NCBI RefSeq assembly: GCF_003704095.1
Contig: NW_020844984.1
Span: forward strand, 310,001 to 374,000
DNA length: 64,000 bases
Reading direction: 5' to 3'
Origin: Pocillopora damicornis
Taxonomy: Eukaryota
Part shown: positions 12,453-25,927 of the stretch, one piece after another
Numbering within the stretch: position 1 is the stretch's first letter
Layout of the letters: every line of letters begins with the position of its first letter
Notes under the pieces: generated by a model
Told to the model about the DNA's origin: nothing
Databases searched by the model: none
Seen by the model: the letters and a program-made list of their open reading frames with translations, nothing else
Translations under genes and position numbers: made by a program

Positions 12453-14879
12453 GGTATGGAGCAAGTTCCCGTAGCTTACAAAATCGTTTGATACAGAGCA
12501 TGCGCATTGTCGAGCAGGAGTGAGAAAAAGCGGTTGAATTCGCAAGGAAGGCAAGCATGCAAAAGTATCCGTATACGAGTTTTCTTGGTCGTCCTTTAGG
12601 ATTTCTTTAAGAATAGGAAAATCTCAAGAGAGATCTTGAAAACTAAACTCGGTGCCGAGAAATTTCAGAATTCCGCGCGTTTTGAAACGTTTTCATCTAG
12701 TCCCCAAAAACTGACTAACTCGACATACCATGGCTTGACATGTATGATGACGTCACATGTCATTGCCCTGGCGATCAAGTGCGACCAACTTACACTCAGA
12801 GGAAATGAAAAACAGCTTCTGTAAAGCGCAATGAGCGAAAAGAAAAATCCTCCCTAGGGGGCGAAATGCAAGCGTTGGCCATTACAAGTCCGACCAGGTC
12901 ATGATCAACATACGGCAGGAATCATCAGACCTCAGACCTTCGAGAGGCCGAAACTTTCGCAAGCAACCATCGCCATGACAAACCTCAAGTCCAGTTTAGC
13001 TTCTGTTAGAACACTAATGATATGAGAATTTAAAATCTTCTCCGGGCTGCAACTTAATAATCACAGTCTGTTATTCTCTAAAAACGTAAATCGTAAATCT
13101 AACCTTTTCAAGGGTTATAAGTATATCATACGACCGTATCGACTAAGTATTTCCATCCCGGTCGAGAAGGGAGCGCTGTAATTACACATAACGGCAATAA
13201 CAGTACGTAAATGTTACTAGAAAGAACAAGCACGAGAGGAGAGAGAGAGAAAAAGAGAGAAAGAAAGCGAGTGTGAGTACTTTGGTTGCGTTAATTGAGT
13301 GCATGAAGAGATAAGTCGCACACTGAGTGAGTCAACGGATAGGTGGTTGGATTCATCTCATTGATTGAATGGGTGACGTAAATGGTCTTTTTCTTGAGTT
13401 AGTGGAAGGGAATAAGACTCCCTGACTTTCTAAGTGAGAGATAACAAAACAGACAAATAAATTGGTTAGTGATATGGGCACTACTGCGGGTCGAATTATT
13501 CGATCGCTGGCTGACTGACCAGTAGAGTAGATTACTGTTTGTTTTTTCTTTTTTGAATTTTTTCTTTTTGATGAAGTGTTTTGTTGGGTGAGTGGATGGT
13601 TGACGCAAGAATATGCTTTAACTGAAGTGGGTGACTCAGATTAGTTTACATTCAATAAGGTTGTGAAATCTTAGAAAAAATTAAGTCACTTGAGTAGCTT
13701 GGAGAGGAAAATAAACACCCTTATACATGATATGATATGCGAAACGTGCAAATATCTCCCCTTAAGGAAAAATGAAAAAGCACTTCTAAGTCACGTGGTC
13801 CTTGTTCATTCTGTCAAGAAAAACAAATAAGTTTTACTTGCTGTCATACAATACACGAGTCTCCGCCTTGAATCTATTCTTTTTATTTTTTTTAATTCAG
13901 TTGATGAAAGTTAAAAAAAAAAATTATGTCAAGAGTCCAACCGTGGTAATTTTTGTTATTTACCATTCCATTTAAAACAAAAAAGCCGCTTCAGCTGCAA
14001 CAAAAGAACTTCGACACTTTTGCAAAACTTCCGACGTTGTTTGCCTCGCTTTTAAGTTCCTTGTCTTGTGGGAGGTTGGCAACTTTCAAACCCGTTACTA
14101 ACCGTAACTTTTCACCCTATTTCGATTTAGATGATGGCAATTCGACTTCCTTACGAAATGCCTCCTTGGCTGACTTCAATCAAGGAACAAACACCAAGGT
14201 CTTTGCCGTGAATGGTGTCATCGCGCAAATTTGACGCGCATTGGTGGTCCTTATACGCAAACTGCAAAGACTACGTGTCTGCTCTGCGGTTTCCATTTCA
14301 TTTAATTGTTAAAATAGGCGCAGATGAGATGTCTTTCAGTAAGGGCAGCTGTTACAACACGACGAGAATTGAGTAAATAACTTAAATATATGAAGGCGAA
14401 CGAACTTTGTCGTTAGAATATCTGTATCCCTCGGGAGCAAGTCATCGCCTTCGTGAATAGCTGGATATGATATTCTCAAAAAGAGAGAACAACTGCTTCT
14501 TTTACAAGCTGTTTCAGGAAATATAATGGCATAAAACAAACTCTTAAGAGATTAAAAACTTGAAACAATTTTCTCCTCAATATTTATTCAGCCGCAAGGT
14601 TAAAACGTGCATTCAGACAACAGCGTATTTTGTTTTCTAACGGAAATTACAACTCTATTATTCAAATAACTCTAGTTCAGATGACAGAGAGGGAGAAGTG
14701 TCTCTGCTCCTGTAACTTCAAATTTTATGGTTTTCTGAGAATGAAATGTTTTTATCCTTTGAATACGCTGCGTTTTCGCTAATTGTTGATATTAATATTT
14801 CAAAATGTCACGCACAAACTCTAAGCCTAGTGAATTTCAATGCGATCAAATCTTAAAGAGACTTAGCGGTAATAAGAGT

Positions 14880-15956
14880 TCATAATTCCTGAAGTTTTAA
14901 TTCAGTCGGTTGTTCGTTTAAATCTGGCCCCACTCTCGATTCTTGGGTGTCGAAGCGCTTTCTAGGTTGATCGATATGTTCAGAACTTTTTGATCCTAAT
15001 GGAATCACCTGTCGCATTAAAGTTTTTGCGCCTCTGCGAAAGTCGCTTCTGTAAAAGGAGTATAAGAAAGGGTTGGCAGACGATTGCAGGAAAATAAATA
15101 CCAAAGATATCTTTTCAAGAAGGCGCAAGCCTTTTTCCTGAAGAATTTTAAATAAAAACATAAAATTCAACAAGCATCGGGGAAACCAACAAATTAAAAA
15201 TACCACTACAACGATCAAGCAGGAAATTGTCTTTCGTCGGTTGTCTTTTGGTTTTTGGTCTCCTCTGCTTTCCTGTCGTTCGAAATGTACTTTCCGAAGC
15301 TGATTCTTTATGGCTTTTGTCACCATAAAGTTTACGATGAATATAATCGTCATTGGAAGGATTACGAGCGTTAGTACCACAAGGATGTCAAAGATAGATT
15401 CACTACGCGAACCTTTTTTTAGGAAGTCCACTCCCGCATCGTTAATAATCGGTTTTATGAAGGAAAATGGGATTGGCAGTAGCCAAGTTATTCCTAAGAC
15501 GGCAGAGACTTTTCGTGGCGTCATTTTGCACTGATAACGAAGTGGTTGAATAACTGCTAAATATCTGTCATAAGTGATTCCGAGAAGGCTGAGGACAGAC
15601 GTCAACCAAACGAAGTCCTTTACGGCGTCAAAGAATCTGCATGTTTCTTCATCTACGATCTGTTTCAAACTGAAATTCTTGGAGCAGTTTGTGCAGAACG
15701 CGCAGTGGCCTGGAATTACCAAAATGGAACCAAGAATATCAGCCAATCCGAGACTCACCAAAAATATGTTCATGTAACATCCTCGGAGCTTAGGATTCGC
15801 CAAAAATACGATGCAACAGAAGGTATTTCCCGCGAAAATTGCTAGGCCTAAAACAATGTACACGATTAGAAATGCTTCGTCCAAAGCTTCGTTGCAGTAA
15901 TACTCAGTGTTGGGTAATTCGCGAATAGAAGAAACGTTCTCTCCTTCTGAAGACAT
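14880..15956 (-). CDS. Class A orphan GPCR, cluster member 4, 358 aa, intronless (most divergent, ECL1 insertion)
   Basis: 7TM; GN, LGLAD, DRY, CWFP, NPFLY. Confidence 0.96.
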   Translation of the reverse strand: MSSEGENVSSIRELPNTEYYCNEALDEAFLIVYIVLGLAIFAGNTFCCIVFLANPKLRGCYMNIFLVSLGLADILGSILVIPGHCAFCTNCSKNFSLKQIVDEETCRFFDAVKDFVWLTSVLSLLGITYDRYLAVIQPLRYQCKMTPRKVSAVLGITWLLPIPFSFIKPIINDAGVDFLKKGSRSESIFDILVVLTLVILPMTIIFIVNFMVTKAIKNQLRKVHFERQESRGDQKPKDNRRKTISCLIVVVVFLICWFPRCLLNFMFLFKILQEKGLRLLEKISLVFIFLQSSANPFLYSFYRSDFRRGAKTLMRQVIPLGSKSSEHIDQPRKRFDTQESRVGPDLNEQPTELKLQEL

Positions 15957-17330
15957 TACTTTCTTCAGCCGAAGAAAAATCAGTGCTTGATGGTTTTGAA
16001 AATGAACCAGTTACGTTCGCAAAGGACTACCTGAGACCCTTTTGTCTTAATTTATAAATTCGTGTAAAAAATTGTGAAAAAAAAGAATCGAGAGGAAGGT
16101 ATGAATAGTTTTGCAGGTGGTTCACTTCAATGCAAAATGCAAACTGTTACCGATTTCCAACGGGGAGACCGTGCTTTTCTAATTTATTTATGGCAACGAT
16201 TGAAAAACAGCCAATGACATAACCTTCACAAAAAATTCATTTGCATTCGCTTTTGTTGACGTTGCTCAAATGTTAGAGAGTAAACACGAAAAAATAGTTC
16301 AGTCTTACTGCATTTTAATTACTCTCTGGCTTTTTAATTAGTTCTATTAAATGGAGCGCCAATCATTTTTTTTTTCATTTTATTAATCCACTCTTTTATC
16401 TCAAGAAATGAACACTTCAGAACACCGAAGTGAATTTTACGGAGGAGGAAAACAACCTGAAGCTGACATGCCTTTTCATTTCCTCTCAGTTGATCTCGAC
16501 AGCAAACTGACAAATTTAATACCATATGACAAAGGAAAAACAATACTGAAATTGCCTCCGAACGAGCGAGCAAACAAATTAAAGATGAAAAATTTTATCG
16601 TTGCGATTGTAGGGAGCCCCGTTTTGTAACATCTTTTCTTATCTCATAATTATTCACCATAGTTTTCGCATTTCTATCGGTTCAAGATCATAACGTTTTA
16701 AAGCTTAGTTGTCTCATTGTTTTTTGAGGGTTTTTACCTCCATTTGAAATGATTTTTTTTTTCATACTGCTCTATGCACACGGAAATAGAGTCTTCTAGA
16801 TTTTTTTTGAGACGCCTCTCCAATAAACGAGCATGCGAAGGCCTTGATAATTAGGAATAAAAAGATAAAGGAAACATCTGTAATTATAACTTCAAATTTA
16901 TAATTAATTTTAAAGTCGATTAATAATTTATAGATTGACACCCGAACAGTATTCGCGTAGAAAACCCTTTTGATCTTGCGGTGTTTTTTATCTATTTCAT
17001 TTACCAGTTGATTGACCCTAAATGCTAAACGTTGATCATATTATTTTACCTATGATGGCAAAAAAATTAATTTGGTCAAAGTGAATTTACGTAGAAATAA
17101 AGTCTTTGACGATCTTCTCCCAGCAATTGAGGTAAACGAAAGTTTCGAGTGTCGTAGTCTTGAGAGTATTGTTTTATATATCTCCCCATCTAGGTTCCGT
17201 TCTCAAAACATTCTCATTAATTTCAAAAGCTCCAACTAGTGATTTGTTTGAAGCGAATCCTTTATGGAAGATGCGAAAATGAAATTGAGATAAACAACCC
17301 GCCGCTCAAAAGACTCATACGGCATCTAGA

Positions 17331-17801
17331 AGTTTCTCCCCATTGCAAGTTCGCCCACTACCACCTCTGCTACTTTGCCCCTTCGAAATAAAACACGCGT
17401 GCCCCACTTTTCTCTGAGCTCGTCTTCAAATCTTTCGACTCGTTACCTTTCAGCAATACCATATTGCTTCTCTGTCAAAATCATAATATGTTTCCTTCAA
17501 CGTGAAATTTGTTTTTCTCAACGACCACGAAACCACGCTACGTCGCTATGAAACGTTTAAGCCCAACGAAATAGGAGTGCGAATATTAAACTACTTCAAA
17601 ACTGCTGTAAAATTGCATGTTGATCAAATTGTATTATGATTTCGACAGAAAATTAAAGGAAGATATTACGCAGTAGGAAAAAGGGTTGAAACATTTTGGG
17701 CGAAGATGAGGGCGAACTGGTAAAGGTAGGGGCGAGCTTGTTTTACTTCAAGAGGCGACCACGTAAAGGTGAGAGCGGGCCACTTGCAGTGGGGCGAAAC
17801 C
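17331..17801. mobile_element. Non-autonomous TIR element with TTCGCCC/GGGCGAA subterminal repeats
   Basis: Left end TTTCTCCCCATTGCAAGTTCGCCC versus right end GGGCCACTTGCAGTGGGGCGAAA (imperfect inverted repeat); several GGGCGA motifs near the right end. Confidence 0.5.
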
Positions 17802-19506
17802 ATTATAAAGCGCCTAAACGCACTGCTCCTCTCGTACATTTCAGCTGGAAGTATATTGGCACAGCGTAACAAAATTTGTTTGTAAAATTTATAGGCATGA
17901 TAGGAAGTGTACTATTGTACAAGCTAACAATGCCTTAACACATAAAGGCCGCCCGCTAGGATTGCAACAACAATACTGTTTGCTATGTTATTAGCTAGGA
18001 AAATAATAAGCCTGGCGTCATAAAGATTCCCTCTCGAGCTCCAGCACTGATACTGAGTCATAGAAATGAACAAATTAAAGATCCTACGTTCTTAAAACAT
18101 ATTATTTATATTATTACAAATAATACCTTCTTCACGCGTTTTGTCAGCAAATTCCCAAGAATAATTCATTTTCTTTATTTTTTTCCTTGCCTGAAATACA
18201 TTATGTCAACTTTTGCTTACCATTCTTTAAAATTTCCATGGCATGAAAAGACACGACATAAATTATACTGACGTACCTATTTGAAAAGATTTCATTTACA
18301 AACTGCCACAGAGCAAATATGGGGAAAAGCGTTTGATTTAAAAGAGAATCAAGACAATGTCCGCTAATGAATTTTTATCATGTGTCTAATCTGTTTTTTT
18401 TTTATAATTCAAATAGTGTTAAAACTTAGATATGTTGTGCAAAGTAAAAAGAGAACCGTGCCCGGAAGATTTTACGTGCCATTTATATCAATCCGATCGC
18501 GAAAATCTAAATTAAAGATTTTTTCACAGTTTAGAAGTGGTTTGCAGTGGTTGGTAATTTTTCTGAAGTACATATGCGTCAAAAGTGTGCGACAGTTCTC
18601 AAAACATTCACTGAAAGGGCAGAATTTTATATAAGCCCACAAATATCTTTTTTGAAGTCTGAAGAGATTTATTAAATGAAAGAGATCGATAACCTCCACT
18701 TACGCTGGGATTTGTACATCATATTTCCTACGTACTTATGCGGATTGAAGATTTCACAGCCAATCCGACACAGATCTGTCTGTATTCCACTATGAAATTG
18801 TCCAAAAGCACGCCACGTTTTTTTTTTTTTTTAATTTATTTCAATAATTCACATTTTCAATTTAACCATAAAATTTTGCCGCTGATTCGAAGCTGCAACC
18901 TAACTGACAAGACTGATAAGACCTGAATCGGAAACTGGTGTCGTTAATATAACTTCACTTTGCCTGCCTAAAATTAGTTCAGAGACTTCATGTACTCATT
19001 ATCCATCCAAACTTCATCCTGCTGCAATAACCGGGCTTGAAGTAGAAGTAGCAAAATAGAGCGATGCAATAAAGAATGTCTTTGAATAAACAATTAGTTT
19101 TAAAATTTAGACTGACAATAAAGATTACTTTTGGCTTATCAAAACGACGAAATGTAATAAAGGATATGTTATCTTTTGCGAACAATAGGATAATTTAGTA
19201 TTGTGAAAAAAAGGAAATAAGTTTCTTGAGCAGCTTAATCTTTTTAGGTCTAGGATTCGTAGATGAAAGATTGTATCTGATGTAAGGCCAATTTAACACT
19301 TCGATCTAAGTTAAATAACCTTTTCAATTGCTACTGCAGCTGCCGAGAAAAAGAAAACGCAGTTCTGCCGGATTTTTTCTTTGAATAAACAGTAGAAAGG
19401 AAACATTTGGGATGATACAGCATATCAGACTGAAATTTTGATCTGAAGCTGACTCCAAGTTGAAGTGATAACCTTAGCTGTCTAGAAGTCCACTAAAATA
19501 TCAGAT

Positions 19507-20478
19507 ATGAAAGGATTTCAAGGGGTTCCATGCAACCCTACGCTGGATGTTGTTTTCTGGGTCATCAATAGCGTCATCGCCGTCCTGATGTTGGCGGGAA
19601 ACTCTCTTTCGTGCGCGGTGTTTCTAAAGACCCGATATCTTCGCCGCAGCTTCATGAACATCTATCTCGTGAGTTTGGCCATTTCTGACATAAGCATGGG
19701 ACTATTTGTTGTGCCGTTCTACTCGGTTTTTTGTTCTGGTTGCAAGTATTCACTCACTAAATACTGTTGGGCGATCAGATTCCTGAAAGGTTTTGCCTTT
19801 GGAGCTAATATTTTTAACCTTTTAGCTATTTCATTGGACCGCCATGAAGCCTTCATCAACCCTCTTCGTTATACCTCTAAGATGACAAGAAAGAAGTTGG
19901 TTTTCATCCTCGCCATGGTCTGGGGAGCACCAGTCCTTTTGGCTGGTACAAGAAACTTCTGGCAGCACAGTAGTTCAAGAGAGAAGGCTCTTTTCATCGA
20001 CAAAACATATTCAATTATTTTGACTTTCATTTTCGTTATTATTCCTTTCTTTTTACTACTTGGAATTAATTTTAGAATTCTGATTGTCATTAAAAAGCAG
20101 GTTCAACGAATTCACGTCGCCAACGCAGTTCAAAATTTCCCTTCAAATTTATCTACAAAACGTTCTCGTGCAGTGAACAATGTAAGAAAGCTGAAAGGGA
20201 CTCTAGCTTGCGTTGTTGTCGTCCTAATCTATGTTTTATGTTGGTTACCCCGTATATTTTACAATTTTTGTTTTCTCTTTCGTCGGAAAGACTTAGTCAG
20301 TCCACTTCTAATCCACCTCTCATTGTTTTTCTTGTTTTTGCAATCATCTTTAAACCCATTCATATACTCATTTTACAGAGTGGAGTTTCGACAAGCTGCC
20401 TCTCGTTTATTACGGTGCCGCCCTTACTCAACAGTTGAGATAATAACGTCATCCCGAAATGCACATACAATTGATTAA
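19507..20478 (+). CDS. Class A orphan GPCR, cluster member 5, 323 aa, intronless
   Basis: 7TM; GN, LAISD, DRH, CWLP, NPFIY, FRQA. Confidence 0.96.
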   Translation: MKGFQGVPCNPTLDVVFWVINSVIAVLMLAGNSLSCAVFLKTRYLRRSFMNIYLVSLAISDISMGLFVVPFYSVFCSGCKYSLTKYCWAIRFLKGFAFGANIFNLLAISLDRHEAFINPLRYTSKMTRKKLVFILAMVWGAPVLLAGTRNFWQHSSSREKALFIDKTYSIILTFIFVIIPFFLLLGINFRILIVIKKQVQRIHVANAVQNFPSNLSTKRSRAVNNVRKLKGTLACVVVVLIYVLCWLPRIFYNFCFLFRRKDLVSPLLIHLSLFFLFLQSSLNPFIYSFYRVEFRQAASRLLRCRPYSTVEIITSSRNAHTID

Positions 20479-20904
20479 CCAAAAGGAGAGCGCTACTGGC
20501 TGTAAACTTATGTAAATATTTGTCTCTGATTTTAGCGTAAAATTTCAAGATTAGAGTAATAAATAAGCTTCTTTTAACCTTTCCTTTAACCATATCATGT
20601 TCCTATAAGAATGCTTTTCTTACAGCTGTTCAACGTGATATAACTAAACAACGCCAGTAATCTCTCTTCGAAAGGGGGCCTACATTTTCAACTAAGAGCA
20701 TTCATCGAAGATGAAAATCGCAAATTGAGGAATAAATGCACGATGTACAGAATGTTCAGTAAGAAGAAACATAAATAAAGAATCATGTCGAACTGTGCAC
20801 GTATCGTATTTCTTGGGAGTTCATTTAACATAACGGAGCAAAAAAATAATGGTAGGTTGGTTTGGATCGAGGAAAAAACGCTTGTAAAACTTTTCAACAA
20901 AAGT

Positions 20905-21775
20905 TCCTAATAATATTAATAACATAGTTTTTGGGCGCATTTAGAAAACTCAATGCGCTTACGTTACCATGGAGAAAAACTAAATAAACTAGTTTAAACC
21001 TACAAAATAACTGGTTAAGAATAGGTGACATGAAAGCTCGGTACAGTTCCTGGTAAAATAAATCAAAAATAAAATTTCCGAAACAAGAATGTTTTGAGGG
21101 CAGATTTAAAAGATGAAAGAGATGTTGTATTTTTAACAAAATGTGGTAGATTGTTCCATAGAATGTAGGTGCGGAGAAAGAAAAGGCACGTTCACCGTAT
21201 GTCACAGAGTTCACAATAGGCATAGTAAAAAGTATTTTAGGGGATGAGCGTAGGCTTCTTTGCGGGAAAGTCCATGGATAATCTTGAAAGTGATGAGCAG
21301 AACTTTGAATATAATGCGAGACTCAACAGGTAGCCAGTGTAGTTCTCGAAGAGCAGGTTTGATGAGCTCGTATCGTTTAGTTCCAGTGATGAGACGTGCT
21401 GCAGTGTTTTGAATTCTTTGAAGTTTATCGAGTTCCTGTTTAGGGAGACCATAAAGGATACTATTACAGTAGTCCAGACGTGATCTTACTAGTGCATTAA
21501 CTAACAGTTTGAGATTTTCCTCAGTGATTTATCTGCGAATGCGACATATGAACCTAATGGCGTTAGTTGCTTTCTTACTTGTCTCGTTTATGTGGTATGT
21601 CACTGATAGCTATTATCTTAGTTTACACTAATATCACAAACTCTCTCAGTTAGTTCAACGACGGTATTGGCAAAAAGAGAGCTTCTCGATGTTATAGGTG
21701 TCTTGGTGGAACGGGATGTAAATAGAATAACCTCCGTCTTTTCAGCATTACTTCTTAGCATGTTTTGCGGTTTAT
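20905..21775 (-). mobile_element. 5'-truncated, decayed non-LTR retrotransposon (L2/CR1-group LINE), C-terminal part of ORF2 and 3' tail
   Basis: Minus-strand peptides NAEKTEVILF, LVRSRLDYCNSILYGLP, LQRIQNTAARLI, ELHWLPVESRIIFKVL, TYGERAFSFSAP, WNNLP, FKSALKTFLF, with frameshifts; ends in a (TTA)n-like tail. Confidence 0.85.
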
Positions 21776-24700
21776 TAATCCGGATTGGAGTTAACGGGTT
21801 TCTACTTAAATAGATAAGATACCTTTTGGGATGTTATTTTTCTTTACTTCTCTTAGACCACGTGGCGTTTACCGGTAAAAAAAACTGACTCTTTTATCAT
21901 TTCCATGTTCTAGTAAAAGTGCTCTTCTTAAATGTGTCCATTGTGATAAAACCGAACAACACTAGTACTAAATCTCTCATCAAATAGGGCCTGCTGCATC
22001 TTCAACTAAGAGCATTCATCGAAAATGAAAAATGTAAATTGAGGAATTAATCAAGAAGAGTAGTGGTATTGGCTTGGAAACCTCACTGGTTGAAATCATG
22101 ATTGAGCTCAAGATAAAACTAAGACTCACGTTCCCAGTTTTATCATCACAGTCTTGGCAGTTGCGATGAAGGTTCCTTACGTTAATACGTGGGATGGAAG
22201 ATGACTCATCTTTTTACGTGTGTGCTTACTTAAACGTTTTGAGCAATAATACTTTTTTTTTCCTAATAAGAAGTCGAGGAAAATCGAAAATTTATCGATA
22301 AAGTACTAAGTGAAATATCTATCCAACGTGAAACGCAATTAGTTATATGATGCATTTTACGAGTTATTAGAGGTGAATATTTGAGAGACTTATTCCCCCT
22401 TTTTCTCTTTTTCATTGTGAGCTGAACTGATCGTAAACTCTCAGACCATCGTCAACTGTTGGTCTTCAACTTTCCATCGGTCATTTTTGCTGATTCATGG
22501 ATCTAAAAATGGCACACTGATAAACTGACCCGATAAAAAAAAAACAGGCCAAAGGAGAGTGCTCATTACCTAATGGAAGCTTTTCTTTGTTTGCCTAACG
22601 TGTTCTTGACAGACAACAATTATCTTTCAATTATATTGTACCGAGTTCAGAGGATGTGAACACATCACAGAAAACAGCAAAAGCTACACTTGCAGTTATT
22701 TCCACTCATCATGATCAGAGGCACTTCTTTTTACGGATGAATGATAATTCAGTAACTTATTTATGATCGGTAAAACCTACGTTCACTTTACAACGGACGA
22801 ATTTTATGTATGTGAAAAAAGAAAAGAAACGTGAAATAAAAGATAGAATGTTGTTGCAGTCTATATCACCGGAATCGCTCGTTTATTTGTTTAACTATGG
22901 AAAACAGCTGACCCGTCCGAGGCTCTCTCTAATTTTTCACGCGCGGTCGCAGTTCGCGGAAGAGGACCCTGGCTGTCTCGACGAAAGTATGATGGGAAGG
23001 AGGAAAGGAGAGAGTTTCCCTTTTCCTATAATTTCTTTTCCTTTTTTACATAAACTGCAGTGTTTAATGTACCCAGTCCTGACAAAAGGCGTAACCGCAC
23101 ACTTGCAAAATTACGATAATTGTTTAGGAGTGTTTGATATCGCCAATCAGTTGTTGACCTGTCACTCGTCTTACGCGTCCCTCTGTCAGGATGAGTAGCA
23201 AAGTGTTTACAATTAATAAAGTCACTTTCCTTGTTCGTAAAGGTTTGTAGACAAAAAAAAAAGACATAGTTGCTGGTAGATATTGAATTTCTCTCTTCTT
23301 GTTCAACTTAATATCGACTTGAACACTCGAAGAGATATTGCATATCTATTTGGATGAATATGGTTATTGGCACACCTTAATGCATAACTGACATTTTAAA
23401 TAAGCGGGAGTGGTGTTGTCTCATCATTTTACAGCACTTGTTTAAGTGTTTTACCTTCAGATCATAACATCCTATCGGAAAACGCGAGTGACACAACATA
23501 GCTGTCATATGACTGGTCCATGCAGCGTAAACATTTATCATGTTTAAAATGGATTTAATGCACTGTCATTCTGAAGATTAAAAGAAAACAGGAGAACTCT
23601 CAGTAAACGCCAACTTGACACATGATTTTGCCTGATAATCTTTAGCCTGAAAGGTAAGATAATTTTATTTAAGAACTTAGCGGGTACAGTTTTGTACTAT
23701 CTGGCTTTGAAAGTAGAACTTTGTTTTCTTTTGGGGTGGGATGCATACTACCCTATTGAGGAAAACGTCAGTAATTCGCAACAAAACTGAACCTATATAT
23801 TATCGGATAAACGTCAAATGGGCAGTATGCGGGCTTGTATGTCTTGTCGGTTGATATTGAAGTAGATTTCTATGTGGTATTTTTATTCAAATATTACTCC
23901 AAGGAAAAACGAACAAAGCCTTTTTTAATGATAAAGTCGTACGATTGTTTTTTTCTACATTCACCAATCTCTTTAAAATTTTCTAAGGGAAAATCCCACT
24001 CATTCTTTAACTCGTCGTTAACTATAACAGAAAAAGAAAAAAAAAACTTGAACCAAGTCTTTAAAAAATCGAGGTTTGTTAAGCCACAACAGCATGTTTG
24101 AAAAAACAAGTCCATTAGTTGTATCGAATATCAGAAGCTAATTGAGTTTGAAGAAGGGAAATAAAATGATTTCTCTATTTATTTTCCACCAAGGTACGAC
24201 AGAGGATCGCATTACTTTGAGAGCTGACAAACGGAAAGAATTTTCAATATTATGCTTTTCATCTTTTTTAGCTCAGCTATATGCAGTTTTTTCTTTTCGT
24301 TGTTTGTTATTTTGGCTATACTCCTCCAGGCACTCATTTGTTATTGCAATTTTTACATGCAATATCTCGTATTCAAGCATCCGCTTCCCTGATGTCCATT
24401 AGATTTATCAGCGCCCGAAGAAGGGTTTTTACCGGACTCTATAAATCTTCTTTGTTTGAAAATTTCGTACAGAGCATTAAACAAACTGGACCCTTTTATT
24501 TTAAGCCCCACTCCTACCGTATTCTATGGATGGTTACCTAAAGGAGATGCTAGCTTCAGATTTTTAGAAGCAGTGATGCGTTTTGAGACGCTGGTTTTTA
24601 TCGAAAAGCTGTATTTCTGAGAGCAAACTTTTAATTACGTAGGTCATACAAAGACCACATTTACATAAACAGATTACCGATGTTATGGGGTTAATGCACA

Positions 24701-25755
24701 AAGAGAAAGGATGACTTTCGTAAACCCTTGTTCCTGTTTTCTGACTTCTCTGGATATAACATCCTTGTTTTTAATATATCATAGAAGTATATTCCTTTTC
24801 TTTCAAGCGTTTCTGAGATTGCTCATCGAATTGCATTGAATTTTCAGCCGAGTTCGCGTGTGTACTTTTAAAGGTTGTGATGACGGCGTATGGTCACTTC
24901 AAAGTCACTTAAAATGTTAATATCTTCATCGTGTTCAGTATTCATTGCCAGTCGTTGAGGTTTTTGCCATTTTTTCGATGCTCTTTGCTCCTTGTGTTCA
25001 ATATCTTGGTGATTCCAGATTTGCTTCGGAACTGACAATGAAAACAGCGACAAAAATGACAAATTTTACCCCTTTGCAAATTCAAATTCATATTGAGTGG
25101 ACATACTCGTTCGTTTCCTATGACAACACGCCTGACAAAATAGAATTTAAAAGGACAATGTCAAAGCGTATTTATATAGATATTGTAAGAGGGTTGACGT
25201 CTATGTGATAAATTTATGATCAAACTCCCGAGGAAGTGATATGTTATGGCGGAGTTCAAAAAGCGCACTTAATCTTTTTAAACCCTGTTTCTAAAGAGAT
25301 CTTCGGCTTGATAAATCAAAGTTCTTCCCCATAGAACTTTCGCCACAACTGTAGAGCTTATGCGTTTTAGGAAGAAGTCGGAAGAGCTCAGAATGGAGCC
25401 GGAAAATTTCCTGACTCAACATAAAATTATACAATCTTTCCAAAATCTGGACCAAACTCTGAAAGTCAACGTTGCACCTGTATAAAACCCATGCGTTCTT
25501 GAGCTCCTGAAAGCAACGTCCAACAATGCTTCGAGGTCAAGAACTCCGAAATATTTTTGTAACATTCGTTAAATAGGCTCCTCATTCATATGAAATAGCT
25601 ATTACGCAAGGCAAAGAAATGTTCTACGCCTACAACTTTTGTGAAATTTTGCCCAAGCCATTAATCATGGATTTTGTTCTCTGGACGCGTAAGATCTTTT
25701 GGAGAATTTTGTGATACTTACATACTTATGTGATGCTTCGTTTCCTCGATTTCAC

Positions 25756-25927
25756 TGACCCTGTAACCCCTAGGAGTGATCAGCATCTAATTTCTCCTTA
25801 CAATATCACCCGTGAATCACACAATAGGGTCACGAGAATAATGGAAATGATCACCAACTAAAAAAGCTCTTAGATGTTTGAAAACTTCTCCTTGTCAATA
25901 TCCTATTAACTGAAAAGAGAACAGTAA
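25756..25927. mobile_element. Partial piggyBac-type MITE (same family as 35373-35576)
   Basis: ACCCTGTAACCCC..GAGTGATCAG..AATTTCTCCTTACAATATC shared with other copies. Confidence 0.55.
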
